DNA of 59,493 nt, counting the filler. It is 3 parts of 3 records of this genome, joined end to end, with 100 filler letters (N's around TTAATTAATTAA, not from the genome) between each part and the next. Parts side by side here need not be neighbours in the genome. Positions count along the whole stretch, not along the records: positions 1 to 25,920 come from SRR20825019_2500; 2 more parts are not named here. One strand, 5' to 3'. Below the pieces are notes generated by a model that had not been told where the DNA came from, did no database searches, and saw only the letters and a list, made by a program, of their open reading frames with translations. Of this stretch, positions 1 through 10,900 are shown piece after piece. Positions within the stretch are counted from its first letter, which is position 1. Each line of letters begins with the position of its first letter. Position numbers and translations under genes: made by a program.

Positions 1-19
1 CCCCCCCCCCCCCCCCCCC
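1..19. repeat. poly(C) homopolymer at contig 1 left end
   Basis: 19 consecutive C at the start of the window. Confidence 0.95.
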
Positions 20-132
20 GCCTTCCCCTTCCCCAGCTTGTCCGCGCCTCCGTGTTGGCAGATGTCTCACTGGGGGCCTTTTACGAAAGACTTTTTTATT
101 AAACCTTTGCGGAGAAGTCAAAGTGGCCTGAG

Positions 133-962
133 ATGCTCCAAGAAATAATTAATGATATTAGATCCTTCCGGTACGAGGTTGGCGTGACCCCATTGTCTTC
201 ACCGGAGGCGCCATGTGTAGCAGTAGTTCTATACCTGCTTGCCATCTATGTCGTGATTCCAAAGGCCATGGAGGGGAGAGAACCCTTTAAGCTGAAATGG
301 ATCACGTTCTTCCATAATATGTTTCTGTGTCTTCTCTCTGTTGTCATGTGCTCCTGGACACTTGTAGAGGTGTACATCATTTGGTCGAGGATTGGATGGT
401 GGGATACCTACGCAGACCCGGATATGATCCTCCAAGAGTCGCCGGTAGTATTCTGGTGCTACCTCTTCTACCTCACCAAGTACTATGAGCTCCTCGATAC
501 AGTCATTCTAGCCTTGAAGAAGAAGCCTTACATGGTCTTGCACGTCTGGCACCACACCACGGTTCTTTTCATGTTTTGGATGTGCGCATATACCAATATG
601 TGGCAGTCATGGCTGCTTTTAGTGGTGAACACATTTGTTCATGTTTTTGTGTACTATTATTTCGCTATGGCGGCGATTGGGGTTCGGGTGTCCTGGAAGG
701 CAATGATCACGATTATTCAAATGAGCCAGTTCGTTTTCGACATAGGTTACAATGCCCCGTGGCCCCGTAAGTTAAAGCACATGTCAACGTCTCCCGATCT
801 CCTGACTCTTACGCTACAGTTTGCCGGATATATGGCTTGACAAGCGGCTCGTGGTGGGTTGCACTGTACACTCTCTTGGTGGGATGCACATATTTGTACC
901 TATTTGCGCAGTTTTATGACCAGGAGTACAACCGCAAGAAGCCGTCATCGAAGGCATCATAG
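133..962 (+). CDS. ELO/GNS1/SUR4 family fatty acid elongase (2 exons; intron 767-819)
   Basis: Motifs KYYELLDT, LHVWHH (His box), NTFVHVFVYYYF and TIIQMSQF. A 53-nt GTAAGT..CTGAC..CAG intron restores the C-terminus (..LYLFAQFYDQEYNRKKPSSKAS*, TAG at 960-962). Confidence 0.93.
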
Positions 963-1139
963 TTCACAGTGGAGTAAGCAGCTGCAGGCGATCCTAACTG
1001 CACACATCTGCCCTGAACATGCGTTTCAAGCAAGCGACGAGTCGGGCGATATCCGGGCCGCAAATAGTGCGTTCGCAGCAATATATTACGCTATCGTATT
1101 TTACAGTACAGAGATTGTTTACTGGGTAACCGCAAGCTT

Positions 1140-3644
1140 TTAAGCGAGGGTAATTTTCTTGGTCATCCGCCGTAGGGAACTGTTATGGTGGAACCACTCC
1201 ACAAAGGACACTCTCTCCCATCTGTGCTTGAACTCAGCCTCGAGGTAGGCATTGAAAGCGATCAGGCTCCAGTAGCGTTCCAGGAAGTTCATGCCCTGAC
1301 GGTGCCAAATTTTCGCCTGGTATGTATCAGCCTCAAAGCTTTCACTGCGTTCCTTGCATTCATAGATAATATTGCGAAGGTGAACCAGCTTTGAGTTAGC
1401 ATTAATTGCCTCGTCCACCTCCTGCTTTACCATAAGACCGCTCTTCACACCCTCAACGCCATCCAACTGTCGCACAAGGGTGTTCACCACATCATATTCT
1501 CCGCGTTGGTAATTCGGTTTTGATCCAGGCACAGGGGGCTGGCCCACAGCCTGCATCCTCCACAGCTTGCGAAGGTACAGAGTTGCTATAATCATCCCTG
1601 TCGTCGTCCGCTCGCCTCCATCTTCACAATTGAAAACGATGGCAGTACCCTTAGTAAACTTCTGACGAATAAGAGCGATTATATCCGTGAAGTCACGATC
1701 TTCAGGCGCATTTTCTGTGGTAATAGGGACCCGCAGGTAGTCAACTTGGACGCCCTGGTCCTTCAAGTCAGTGAATAAATCCGCCATTGTGCTGAGGCTC
1801 TCATCCTCCACGCCAACCTCCACGATCTGATACGTTCCATCCCCCTTCTTGTGGTATGTGCAAAAACATGAGCGGGTGGGCTTGCTCGTGGATATCTCCT
1901 TCACCTCAGACGCCAGTTTCCTTTCCAGTTTCTCAAGCCTACCCCTTTCCACACGATTCAAACCTTCTGGCGACGACTCGAGTGTAGCCACGGAATCACG
2001 CACGCAGTAGGGGTCGTCGTTGATCAGAATGAGCAACTCTTCCCTCAGATTGAACCACAAAACACTCGAGTGTCCAGCCTCGAACAGATGAATCAAGGCA
2101 TCCCTTGTCGCACGTTTGGTACCCTGTGCTACCCCATAGATCGGCAGGCCATGAACCTTCCTGAAGTTGTGCAGCCCGTCAATAATCGGCGGCTCCGGCA
2201 TCTTGTGCTCCCTGACATCAGCCCGGAGGACCTTATTTCCAACCATAGGGAACTTCTTCTCGTCGCCAGTACCTTGATCGCTGGCAAAAGTCTCGCCCAT
2301 TGGATCAGAGCTCGGCGGCTTGGCATCAAGGGAGAGTTTCTTCAGCCTACGCTGAAGCTCTGCCCTCTTTACAAACCACTTTGAAAATGACGTACTGAAG
2401 GGACTGTTGCTCCCCCTCTGGTCTGAAAGGTAGGCATTGAATACTATTAAGAAGAAATATCTCTCCATATAATTCAAGCCTCGCTTATGGTAGAACTTGC
2501 TATCTCTTCCCTCCCCTTCATCGTGGAATGTACTGGATGAGTGCTCGACTTTCTCTAGGCAATCCAAAATACATGTCCGGAGATTCACCAGGTGGGAGGC
2601 TCGGTCAATGGAGTCGTCTACTTCCGCCTTCCTCGTGTGTCCATCGTTGAGAAGATCGCAGGCGGAGACTATGGACCAGTAGTCCCCTCGCTGCAACTGT
2701 GGATTGACACGGTTTGGTCGCCTCGCCTGTAGTGGTTTCATCCCGTCGCGGATACGAGCCATTAGCAGAGCACACACCATAGCAGTGGTGGACCTTCCCC
2801 TCCCACTTTGGCAGTTGAACACTACTGCGGTATCGTGGTAGGCCTGGCGAAGGAGGGTGACTAAGTCGTCAAAGTCCCTTTCTTCGGGGGCGTTCTCGTC
2901 AGTGATGGGGATGCGACGATATATCAGATTCACGCCGCACTCCTTCCTTAGCTTGCGGAAGAGCATTTTTGTTGTAATGATGTTGTCATGCTCGATCTTG
3001 ACCGTCCTTGGCTCATAGTTTGCCCCACGTGTGTGATGAACACCAACGAACCCCGGCCTTGTCTTGTTATCGCATGCCTTGGTAAATACATCCGTCCTCA
3101 GACGATCCTCAATATTCTCCAGGGCGGACGCCTCTATGCCCACCAAATAGTCCTGCTTGACGTTTACATCCTTTCGACTCGAGTACGGATGACCCCCCAC
3201 AAAAACAGTTGCTTCCTCCCTGAGATTGGCCCACAGGATCTTTGAGTACCCGTCATTAACTAGCAAGTTGACCATGTTAGAGATGCCCTCGGCTGTTCCC
3301 TGCGCACAACCATATATGTGTGTGTTGTTGATGCGGCGAACATTATTGATGCCAGCGACAGGACCAAGCTGTTGTTCCAAAAAGTTGTCGGGTATGTCGG
3401 ATACGAGCTTATACGATCTGCCCAACACCTGCTCTACATGGGGCTTATCTGTACGGACAAATTGATCGGCCCCTGGGAAGGCAGGCTCCTCCTCAATCGG
3501 TTCGATTGGTCCAGACTGGTCGACAGACACAACAGATTTCTCCGGTTGCACTGGGTTCTTCCGTGGAGACCTAGTGTTCGACCTCGCGTTCTCCTTGCCT
3601 TCGGCGCCGGCCGCGCCCCCTTTGGTTGATGCCGCGTTTCCCAT
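1140..3644 (-). CDS. Paladin-like protein with two PTP-like phytase (inositol phosphate phosphatase) domains; probable N-myristoylation
   Basis: Duplicated units W(A/F)NLREE..Y(R/L)R(I/V)PIT(D/T)ENAPE(E/D)RDF..VFNCx5R(S/T)TT..RG(D/E)Y..G(L/M)N(Y/F)(M/L)ERYx2LIxFNAYL. The first ATG gives MGNAAS. Intronless. Confidence 0.88.
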   Translation of the reverse strand: MGNAASTKGGAAGAEGKENARSNTRSPRKNPVQPEKSVVSVDQSGPIEPIEEEPAFPGADQFVRTDKPHVEQVLGRSYKLVSDIPDNFLEQQLGPVAGINNVRRINNTHIYGCAQGTAEGISNMVNLLVNDGYSKILWANLREEATVFVGGHPYSSRKDVNVKQDYLVGIEASALENIEDRLRTDVFTKACDNKTRPGFVGVHHTRGANYEPRTVKIEHDNIITTKMLFRKLRKECGVNLIYRRIPITDENAPEERDFDDLVTLLRQAYHDTAVVFNCQSGRGRSTTAMVCALLMARIRDGMKPLQARRPNRVNPQLQRGDYWSIVSACDLLNDGHTRKAEVDDSIDRASHLVNLRTCILDCLEKVEHSSSTFHDEGEGRDSKFYHKRGLNYMERYFFLIVFNAYLSDQRGSNSPFSTSFSKWFVKRAELQRRLKKLSLDAKPPSSDPMGETFASDQGTGDEKKFPMVGNKVLRADVREHKMPEPPIIDGLHNFRKVHGLPIYGVAQGTKRATRDALIHLFEAGHSSVLWFNLREELLILINDDPYCVRDSVATLESSPEGLNRVERGRLEKLERKLASEVKEISTSKPTRSCFCTYHKKGDGTYQIVEVGVEDESLSTMADLFTDLKDQGVQVDYLRVPITTENAPEDRDFTDIIALIRQKFTKGTAIVFNCEDGGERTTTGMIIATLYLRKLWRMQAVGQPPVPGSKPNYQRGEYDVVNTLVRQLDGVEGVKSGLMVKQEVDEAINANSKLVHLRNIIYECKERSESFEADTYQAKIWHRQGMNFLERYWSLIAFNAYLEAEFKHRWERVSFVEWFHHNSSLRRMTKKITLA

Positions 3645-4557
3645 GGTCGGCAACCGTGTATGGTCTGTCTACACCTCTCTTTCACTGTGTATGCGGTGAT
3701 AGCCACATCTATACTATGACCTCGGCAGCAGCATGCCCAAGGTCACGCTTCTTCTGCCACGCTGCGGAGTAACCATAACTCACTTGCCGATAGCCGCCTT
3801 CTGCAAGTTGCCTTGAACTCTAGTTACCTTGTTACCCAGCACGACCATCTGGCTGACACTGGCACGGCAAGGACCCGAGTGCGTACACCGGCCCGGCCGG
3901 CCGGCCAATATCGGCAGCCGGCGGGCCATCATGGCTCGCGGCAGCGGTGGTCACTCATGGGGCCGTGTCGTGGGGGGTCCCGTCAGTGCCCGCCGGGCGC
4001 CCGCGCGGTCCCGGGCGCCGCGGCCACGCCGCGGCCACAAGGTCGCAATTGGCTAAGGGCGCATGACACAGCGTGAGGACGGTTACTCAAGTTATCAGAA
4101 TCCACTAATTATAGATATATCGTAATTTATAGATTAGAGGAAGGCTCTTGAACGTGGCCACTGAACGATCGCCGGACCGCCGGCGCCGGCGTGGCCCCCA
4201 CACTGCACAAAGCACAGGCCAACTTGACCGGCCTGTTGGGTGCCGCGGGCGGCGGGACGCGGCACCGGCCGCCTGGGAGTGCGGGCGAGACGCCTGAAAG
4301 TCTTGGCCGTTGCTGCACAGCCCCATGCCGGGACAAACCCGGGCTGGCGGAGGGTCCTCGGCTGCCAGTGAGCATGCACCGGAGTCTGCCTATCCTGGCG
4401 GCCGGTAACCTGAGCTCCTAGTGGGGCTGTATCGCGGCGCGCTGGTTGCGGGCGTTGGTGGCGGCAGCAGTATCACGGTGTTTTCGGTAGGGCGGGTCAT
4501 GTGGTCACTAAACATATTTGTTCAAACAGCTCTAATCAACTCGTTATCATTACGAAG
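3645..4557. promoter_or_regulatory. Putative bidirectional promoter (GC-rich arms around an AT-rich core at ~4083-4140)
   Basis: Lies between head-to-head genes, and the same composition pattern recurs at other divergent gaps. Function is inferred. Confidence 0.55.
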
Positions 4558-7500
4558 ATGCTTCACGCTTCCGCCTTATCCAGGCTCTTGGATGTGGGTA
4601 GAGATGGGAGCTCGAACAAAGGAGGGAAGGGCGACAAGAAGGACGACACTAAGGAGCAGTTTGACTATTCGGTGATGGTTTTAAACAAGGTTTTCTATAC
4701 TGACTCCAGATATGAGGAGAGGGCCAAGGCCTGGCTACGCGAGAGGCGTGAGGAGGAATCTGCGCTCAGTGTGCAAGTTAAGGGTTATTCCCGTCGTCAT
4801 AGATCAGGAGTCGAAGAAATGGAGAAACTTATGAAAGAGCAGGCAGCTCTCGCGGTAAAGTTGAATGATAAAAAACTTGATGAAAAGAAGAAGGCTCTGG
4901 TGGAGTCTGAGCTAGCAACAGTAGACCAGCGCTTGGGTGGAATGTATGAGGATATGAAAAAGTACGAGAACTTGTTGAATATATCAAACTCCTCGCTGGA
5001 AGCTCTCCGAAGGCGTATTCATGACTTCGAGGCTGGTGCCCTCGACAGGAACCTCGCTGATTCTACGAACCATTCTGTTCTTAAAAAGACGGTAGATACT
5101 TTGCTGCAGCGACTTGCCACGTGTCGGAAGAATACGGACAAGTCACAAAGGGAATTCAAAAAGGTATTGGGTGTCAGCGGAAAAGATAATGACGTGAAAG
5201 GCGACGAAGCATCACGCGAAACTATTCTATCGACAAAGGAATTCGAAGGCGTAGGAAATGGCGAGGCCATGAGTGTTTTAAAGTCGAAAGAAGAGAGGTT
5301 GGACCGGCACCGCATATCTGTTGCCAACGAGACCGAGGGGAAGCACACGGCGTCGACGATGTCCATGGAGTTCTATGTGGTTTCGGAGCTTGTGTTGTGT
5401 TTTACACAGGCGTCGAAAGGTGGGAGTGATAGCAACATAGTCAACGGGATTAAGAGCAAGATCAGCAAGGCTGTCAATGAATACTTTCCCGGCGGGTTTC
5501 CAAGCAGTGATGATGTTGATTTGGAAAAGTTGGCGAAGGAGTATCATTCCAAGAATGGGCAAAATTCCAGCCCAACCGGCCGGGCGCATCTGTTCATGGA
5601 GTGGATCCCGACCGTGTCCGGCTGGCTACGTGCTAATGAGATGACTCAAGGCACCATACAGAATGGGGGGGCGGTAAAAGGCGGCGATGAAACCAAGGAC
5701 ACACAGGACACAAGTGAAGGGGAGTTGTCGCGGATATCTGGCATGGGGGCGGTCGAGTGCACTGTGAATCTCACCAATCGCAGGCTTGAAATAACTCCAA
5801 TGAAGAATGGCGTCAAGTCCGGAGAGGCCGTGGAGGTCTTCCTTTCATCAATACAAAGCATCTCCCTGAGTTCGCAGTCTGATATTGCCGCTGGTGTTAC
5901 CATATCGTGCAAGGACCTGTGGAGCTTTACCCTGTTCTACAAGCGGTTCAAACTGGAGGAGCGTAAGGAGAAAGATGTGGATGAGAGACTAAAATCGGCG
6001 CTAGGCAAGACACCAACGGCGGAAGACCGACGGTGCCAGGACACCCTTGAGCAGTTCCGTAAGATGGTGAACGTTTTCATGAGCTCCAACGAGATTAGGC
6101 CGGCGGCGCTTACCATACCTCCATTGGACGCCGTGCGTGACAAGTTCTTGAAGAGCATGCAGTATGACCACGAGAAGGAAATGAAGAACCTCAAAGTTAC
6201 TGCGATGGACACTTGGCGCATGACAGATGCCAATGTCAATTTTGGTGTGTGTGAATCCTATCCTCAAAAGGTGATGGTGCCCCACGTGGTTTCCGACTCG
6301 CACCTTGTGGTTGCTGCGAGCGTGCGCGCGGGCCGCTGTTTTCCTTGTCTAACTTACTGCCATGGCAACGGCGCTTGCTTATTGAGATCGTCCGCTCGCA
6401 ACCCTTCTGAAAATGATGAGTTGGAACAAGCTGACCACGAGCTTGTGGCATCCATAAGGACCTCAGTCAAGTCCGGGAAGCTGAAAATATTCAACTGTGG
6501 CAAGCGAAAGTGCAAGTATCAGGCGGTCGAATGCGTAACCTTGAATGTACCGTCCTTAGACACTATATCAAAGGCTTATGAAAAGTTGTCGGATCTCTCG
6601 GGTGAATGGCACGAGATCAAGGACAGGGAGTGGTTGAAGAAGCTGGATAAAACAGGCTGGCTTGCATGCACCTCGGCGGTGACGGCGGCGGCTGTTGAGG
6701 TTGCTAAGGCTGTGCAGAGTGGGACCAGTGTTATTGTCCAGGATGAGTTCGGAACCGATGCGTGTGCAATGATTTCTTCACTCGCGCAACTATTCCTGAA
6801 CAAGAATTATCGTAAGATTGACGGGTTCCGTGACCTCGTGGAGAAGGAATGGCTGGCGTTCGGGCATCGTTTTGCCGACCGTATGAAGAGGATGGAAAAG
6901 AGTAGCAAGGCAGAAAAAGCGAAAGGTGATGCTCCAAATGTCACTGGTGGTGAGAAGAGGGCGGATGGATTAAGGCGCTTAAGTCAAGCTGAATATGAGG
7001 TAGTTTATGGCAAATCGCCAAAGGGGTCGGACATGGCCTGCCCAGTATTCCTAGTGTGGTTGGACTGCGTTCATCAATACATGGAGAATAATCCGGCGAT
7101 ATTTGAATTTTCTGATGAGCTGCTTCATCTCATGTATGATGCCAGTACAACAGATGTTTTCGGCACATTCCTGTTCAATACTCCATTCCAACGTGCAGCG
7201 GCGAAAACTAACGAACGGACTCTGAGTGTGTGGTCATATCTTGAAGCGTGCAAGTCTTCGTTCGTGAATCCTTATTACGCTGCCGGCGTATCCCAAGCCG
7301 TATTGAGTGCCGTGGTACCCTCGTCCTCACTGGCGAATCAGAGATTCTGGACTCAGTTCTTCTGGAGGCATGATGGGGAGTTTGCTGGTGTTGGCTCTGA
7401 GGCCCCTAAAGAATTCCAGTTTGATGCCAACAAAGCCATCAATGAAACGCGTGAGCACAAGAAACTTGCCGTACAGAGGGCCACTGCGACACAGGAAGTT

Positions 7501-7875
7501 GTTGATGCGCGGCTGCAGAAGAATAATTTGTGGCGACTACAGATGGAGAAGGAGCTAGGTGATGTGAGAGACACCATCAAGCAGTTGAAGAAAGAAGAGG
7601 TGGATTGGAGGGAGTCCAAAAATCAAAAGCGCAAGGGCAAGTTAGAGCGGCGGAGGCGCCAGTGGGCAAAGAAGCAACTGAAGGAGAATGCGCCTGGAGT
7701 GCTTCTTGCGACATTCGCGTTGGGCCCGCCTGTATTCTTGCCAACCGCCACCATTTATGCTGGAATGAAAATGGGCGTGAAGAGGACGAGCCGTGAGAAG
7801 GCGGTGCGGTCTCCAAAGAACAGGGAATTGATCCGGGAATGGGATGATCTTGAATTAGAACCCCTGGCGGTATAG
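4558..7875 (+). CDS. Myotubularin-related protein, predicted catalytically inactive, with N- and C-terminal coiled coils
   Basis: Motifs WRMTDANVNFGVCESYP, RAGRCFPCLTY, YRKIDGFRDLVEKEWLAFGHRF, PVFLVWLDCVHQ, FEFSDELL and FGTFLFNT. The catalytic HCSDGWDR is replaced by QDEFGTDA. First ATG is at 4558. Confidence 0.9.
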   Translation: MLHASALSRLLDVGRDGSSNKGGKGDKKDDTKEQFDYSVMVLNKVFYTDSRYEERAKAWLRERREEESALSVQVKGYSRRHRSGVEEMEKLMKEQAALAVKLNDKKLDEKKKALVESELATVDQRLGGMYEDMKKYENLLNISNSSLEALRRRIHDFEAGALDRNLADSTNHSVLKKTVDTLLQRLATCRKNTDKSQREFKKVLGVSGKDNDVKGDEASRETILSTKEFEGVGNGEAMSVLKSKEERLDRHRISVANETEGKHTASTMSMEFYVVSELVLCFTQASKGGSDSNIVNGIKSKISKAVNEYFPGGFPSSDDVDLEKLAKEYHSKNGQNSSPTGRAHLFMEWIPTVSGWLRANEMTQGTIQNGGAVKGGDETKDTQDTSEGELSRISGMGAVECTVNLTNRRLEITPMKNGVKSGEAVEVFLSSIQSISLSSQSDIAAGVTISCKDLWSFTLFYKRFKLEERKEKDVDERLKSALGKTPTAEDRRCQDTLEQFRKMVNVFMSSNEIRPAALTIPPLDAVRDKFLKSMQYDHEKEMKNLKVTAMDTWRMTDANVNFGVCESYPQKVMVPHVVSDSHLVVAASVRAGRCFPCLTYCHGNGACLLRSSARNPSENDELEQADHELVASIRTSVKSGKLKIFNCGKRKCKYQAVECVTLNVPSLDTISKAYEKLSDLSGEWHEIKDREWLKKLDKTGWLACTSAVTAAAVEVAKAVQSGTSVIVQDEFGTDACAMISSLAQLFLNKNYRKIDGFRDLVEKEWLAFGHRFADRMKRMEKSSKAEKAKGDAPNVTGGEKRADGLRRLSQAEYEVVYGKSPKGSDMACPVFLVWLDCVHQYMENNPAIFEFSDELLHLMYDASTTDVFGTFLFNTPFQRAAAKTNERTLSVWSYLEACKSSFVNPYYAAGVSQAVLSAVVPSSSLANQRFWTQFFWRHDGEFAGVGSEAPKEFQFDANKAINETREHKKLAVQRATATQEVVDARLQKNNLWRLQMEKELGDVRDTIKQLKKEEVDWRESKNQKRKGKLERRRRQWAKKQLKENAPGVLLATFALGPPVFLPTATIYAGMKMGVKRTSREKAVRSPKNRELIREWDDLELEPLAV

Positions 7876-7947
7876 ACCATTACTTAGTAAGACCTCCATA
7901 GTATTATTCACAATGTGTAGTTGTATTTTGTTGTGAGGTCGTTTCGT

Positions 7948-10900
7948 CTACCAGCGCATGAACTTTCCCAGGATGCCGCCCCTCTTCGACGGCGTTTCTT
8001 GAGCATATTCCGGCATCTCCGTAAAATTCATGTTTTGTGCTGCTGCTTCAGCTGCAGAGTTAATGCGAATCCGAGGCGCGTCACCTTCTTCGCCAACTAA
8101 GCGCTTCAAGCGTTCATTCTCCCTCAATAACTCTTGCCGATTTAACTCGATGCCCACTCGAACCTATGCAGGGAAAACATGTTAGATGTATGCTCTGTGC
8201 AGGAAGAACACTTTCTATCCCTCACCTCAGCCTCGGTGCGAAGATGTTGCTTAAGAACCTTCAACTCCTCGGTGAGCCGCTTGTTGTTCTCTTCGAGCGT
8301 CAGTGCCTTGCTGGTCTCCCCTTGAAGCATTGTCGTCACTTGGCCCTTTTCTTCCTTCTCCGCACATAGTTCCACCATTGCATGTTCCAGCGCCTTCTTC
8401 AACTCTTTCATCTCGTCAGTTAATCGGTGGCATCTTCAAAAAGCCAAATAAACCTTCAGTACTTGCGTTTTTCCAAACATGGCCACGTTACCTCTTCATC
8501 ACCGAGTCTCGAGCCTTCTCCAGCAAGGCATTGTGCGTCCGCAGACTCTGGTTTTCTTCGTCCAAGAGCTTCATGGCATCCACCATGGCCTACTCTCATT
8601 CAACATATATTATTGGCAACATTTCCAGGCATGACATACCTTGCGACCGAGAGCCTCGTCTTCAGCCTTCTTATTTGCCTCGGAAATTTTCTGCTGCAGG
8701 TGGGCAATGGTCTTGTGAACATCTGACAAGAGTGAATTGTTTTCCTCTGAGACTGGAAGGGCTTGTTTTGCCGTCAGCAAAGTTCCAACGGCACACGCCA
8801 TGGGATACCTACCCGACAGTGTCGCATCTCCTGCAGCCTCGGGCCCCTTATGCTCTAGCCGCTCCTCTAGCTCGGCCCTTGCTTGCATCTCGGATTGAAG
8901 GCGCGATTGCATTGCGGCGAGTTGATTCTCGAGCTTCGCCTGCTCCCGATGCTCAGCAAGAGCCACCGCGTAACATGCCTTCTCCAATTTCATGCGATAG
9001 TAGGCCTGAATTTTCACAGCATTCGCACGTTTCTTGAGATATTCTCTGTTAGGCATGTTTAGAAAACGAACCCCAGTGAGACTTGTCAACAGCGTAAGGC
9101 ACAATACCTTCGCAAGCCAGCCATCTTGAATGTAGCCTGGATCCGACTGGCTGCCCGGAATTTCCTCAAGTCTCGGCATCGTTTCTTCGCCAAATGCCTT
9201 CGCACAACAGATTGGCACACAATAAGAGCACGCCGATACTTGACAAAGCCCTTCCGTTTTACATATCCACGTGTATATCTCTGAACATCACCCGTGAGCA
9301 ATATTTAGCATCAGAAGCGCATGGACGTACCTGAATGCACACTGCAGCGCGGCGCCAGATATTGTACGTTCGCCTTTTCCACCATCCACGAGCAATTGCC
9401 TGGATTCTGACAGCAAACTCGGATACCTTTTCCCGTCGCTTCTTCTCCAATGTCTCAAGAACTCCGTACTTGAAATACACCCGTGTACGACCCACCGCAT
9501 ATCCGTTTTCTCCCAGCAGAACTTTGAGAAGATGTATACAGGACTCCGCGCCAGCTGTCGCATCAAGAGAACCTTTGGATAAAACATAAGCGACACAACC
9601 GAAGATGTTACATTTCAATATCTTACCGGCGCTAAGGATGCCGTACTGATCCAAGAAGGCTCCGTGGAGTAGCCTGTTGGGAAATGCGGACCGACTGATC
9701 TCGATGGCATTGAGAACACCAGCATACCTACAAATACCCACGTGAGACCCAGCACCCTTCTATAGTGGACCGCTTCGTACTCGAGTTGATCAACCATGAG
9801 TTGCCCTTCGAACATATCAGCGCTCTGTTTTGTATTTGGCTTAAAGCAGCGAATGTACTGGACATTCGTCCCTATCAATGAGGTCAAACAAGCCGAAGAA
9901 AGGAGCCAGACCACACTAATCCCAACTAACCACAAATAGTCTGCATAAGATGTTTGAGCTGCTGCTGAAACTGGGATCCCAAGAAGTTTTCCCGTGCGGC
10001 ATTACGATTTGGCTTCTTTCCAGAGCTTCCTGATGGTTGCTGACCCATGCCAGCGAAGAGGTGACTGATGAATTGAGACGTGGATGCGCGCAACATGCCG
10101 AGGATGTCCGCGTGGACGGAATCCTTGTTCTTGTCGAGGAACCCCTCGGAATTGTACTCCACAGGCCCAGCATAGTGATTGACAATGAAGTTAATCGGCC
10201 GGCTTTTGGGCCGTGAAAAGTAGTCAGAACCTTCCGAGACAGAGGTCAACTTCCGTACGAAAGTCTCCTCCGAACCGTTGGGCATTACACACTCCTCATT
10301 GAGAAGGGCGATGATCCCCAGCTTTCCTTCTATCAGGTCCAGGCAGTCCTGATTATCGGTGTAGTCGATGAAATCCCACTGTGCCCTGTCAGTCATGAAT
10401 ATTGACGAGTAAAGTTAGGCTTACCTCAATACCCTCATCTATGTACTCTTCCTGTACACTCTTGAATGTGTCCGCGACATATTGCTGCTGAAGCTTCTCG
10501 TTGGCATAATTGATGCACAACTGCTCGAAAGAGTTCTTTTCGAAGCGCTCAAATCCGAAAATATCCAAGATATTGATGCTCCTGACAACGGAGGACGTGT
10601 CGATTGCGGATGCTTGATTAATCTTTGACACCAGCCACGCAAAGAGTTGGGCATATACCGCCTTAGCCAATGCATCGCGCGAAGCCAAAGCCTGCACGGT
10701 AGTATTCTTCTTGAATATGGATTGGCCAGCCACTTGCATGCTGCGTGTACAGAGTGACTCCACAAGTGCGTTGACTTCGACGTGGAGAAGCGACGCAGCC
10801 GTCTCAAGAGAAGGTCTACACCCTGGGGCAACCGTACACTCGTCATCGCCCACGATTTCAAATGATATCTCTCCAAGGTGCAGAACAGCAGCCACCACGC

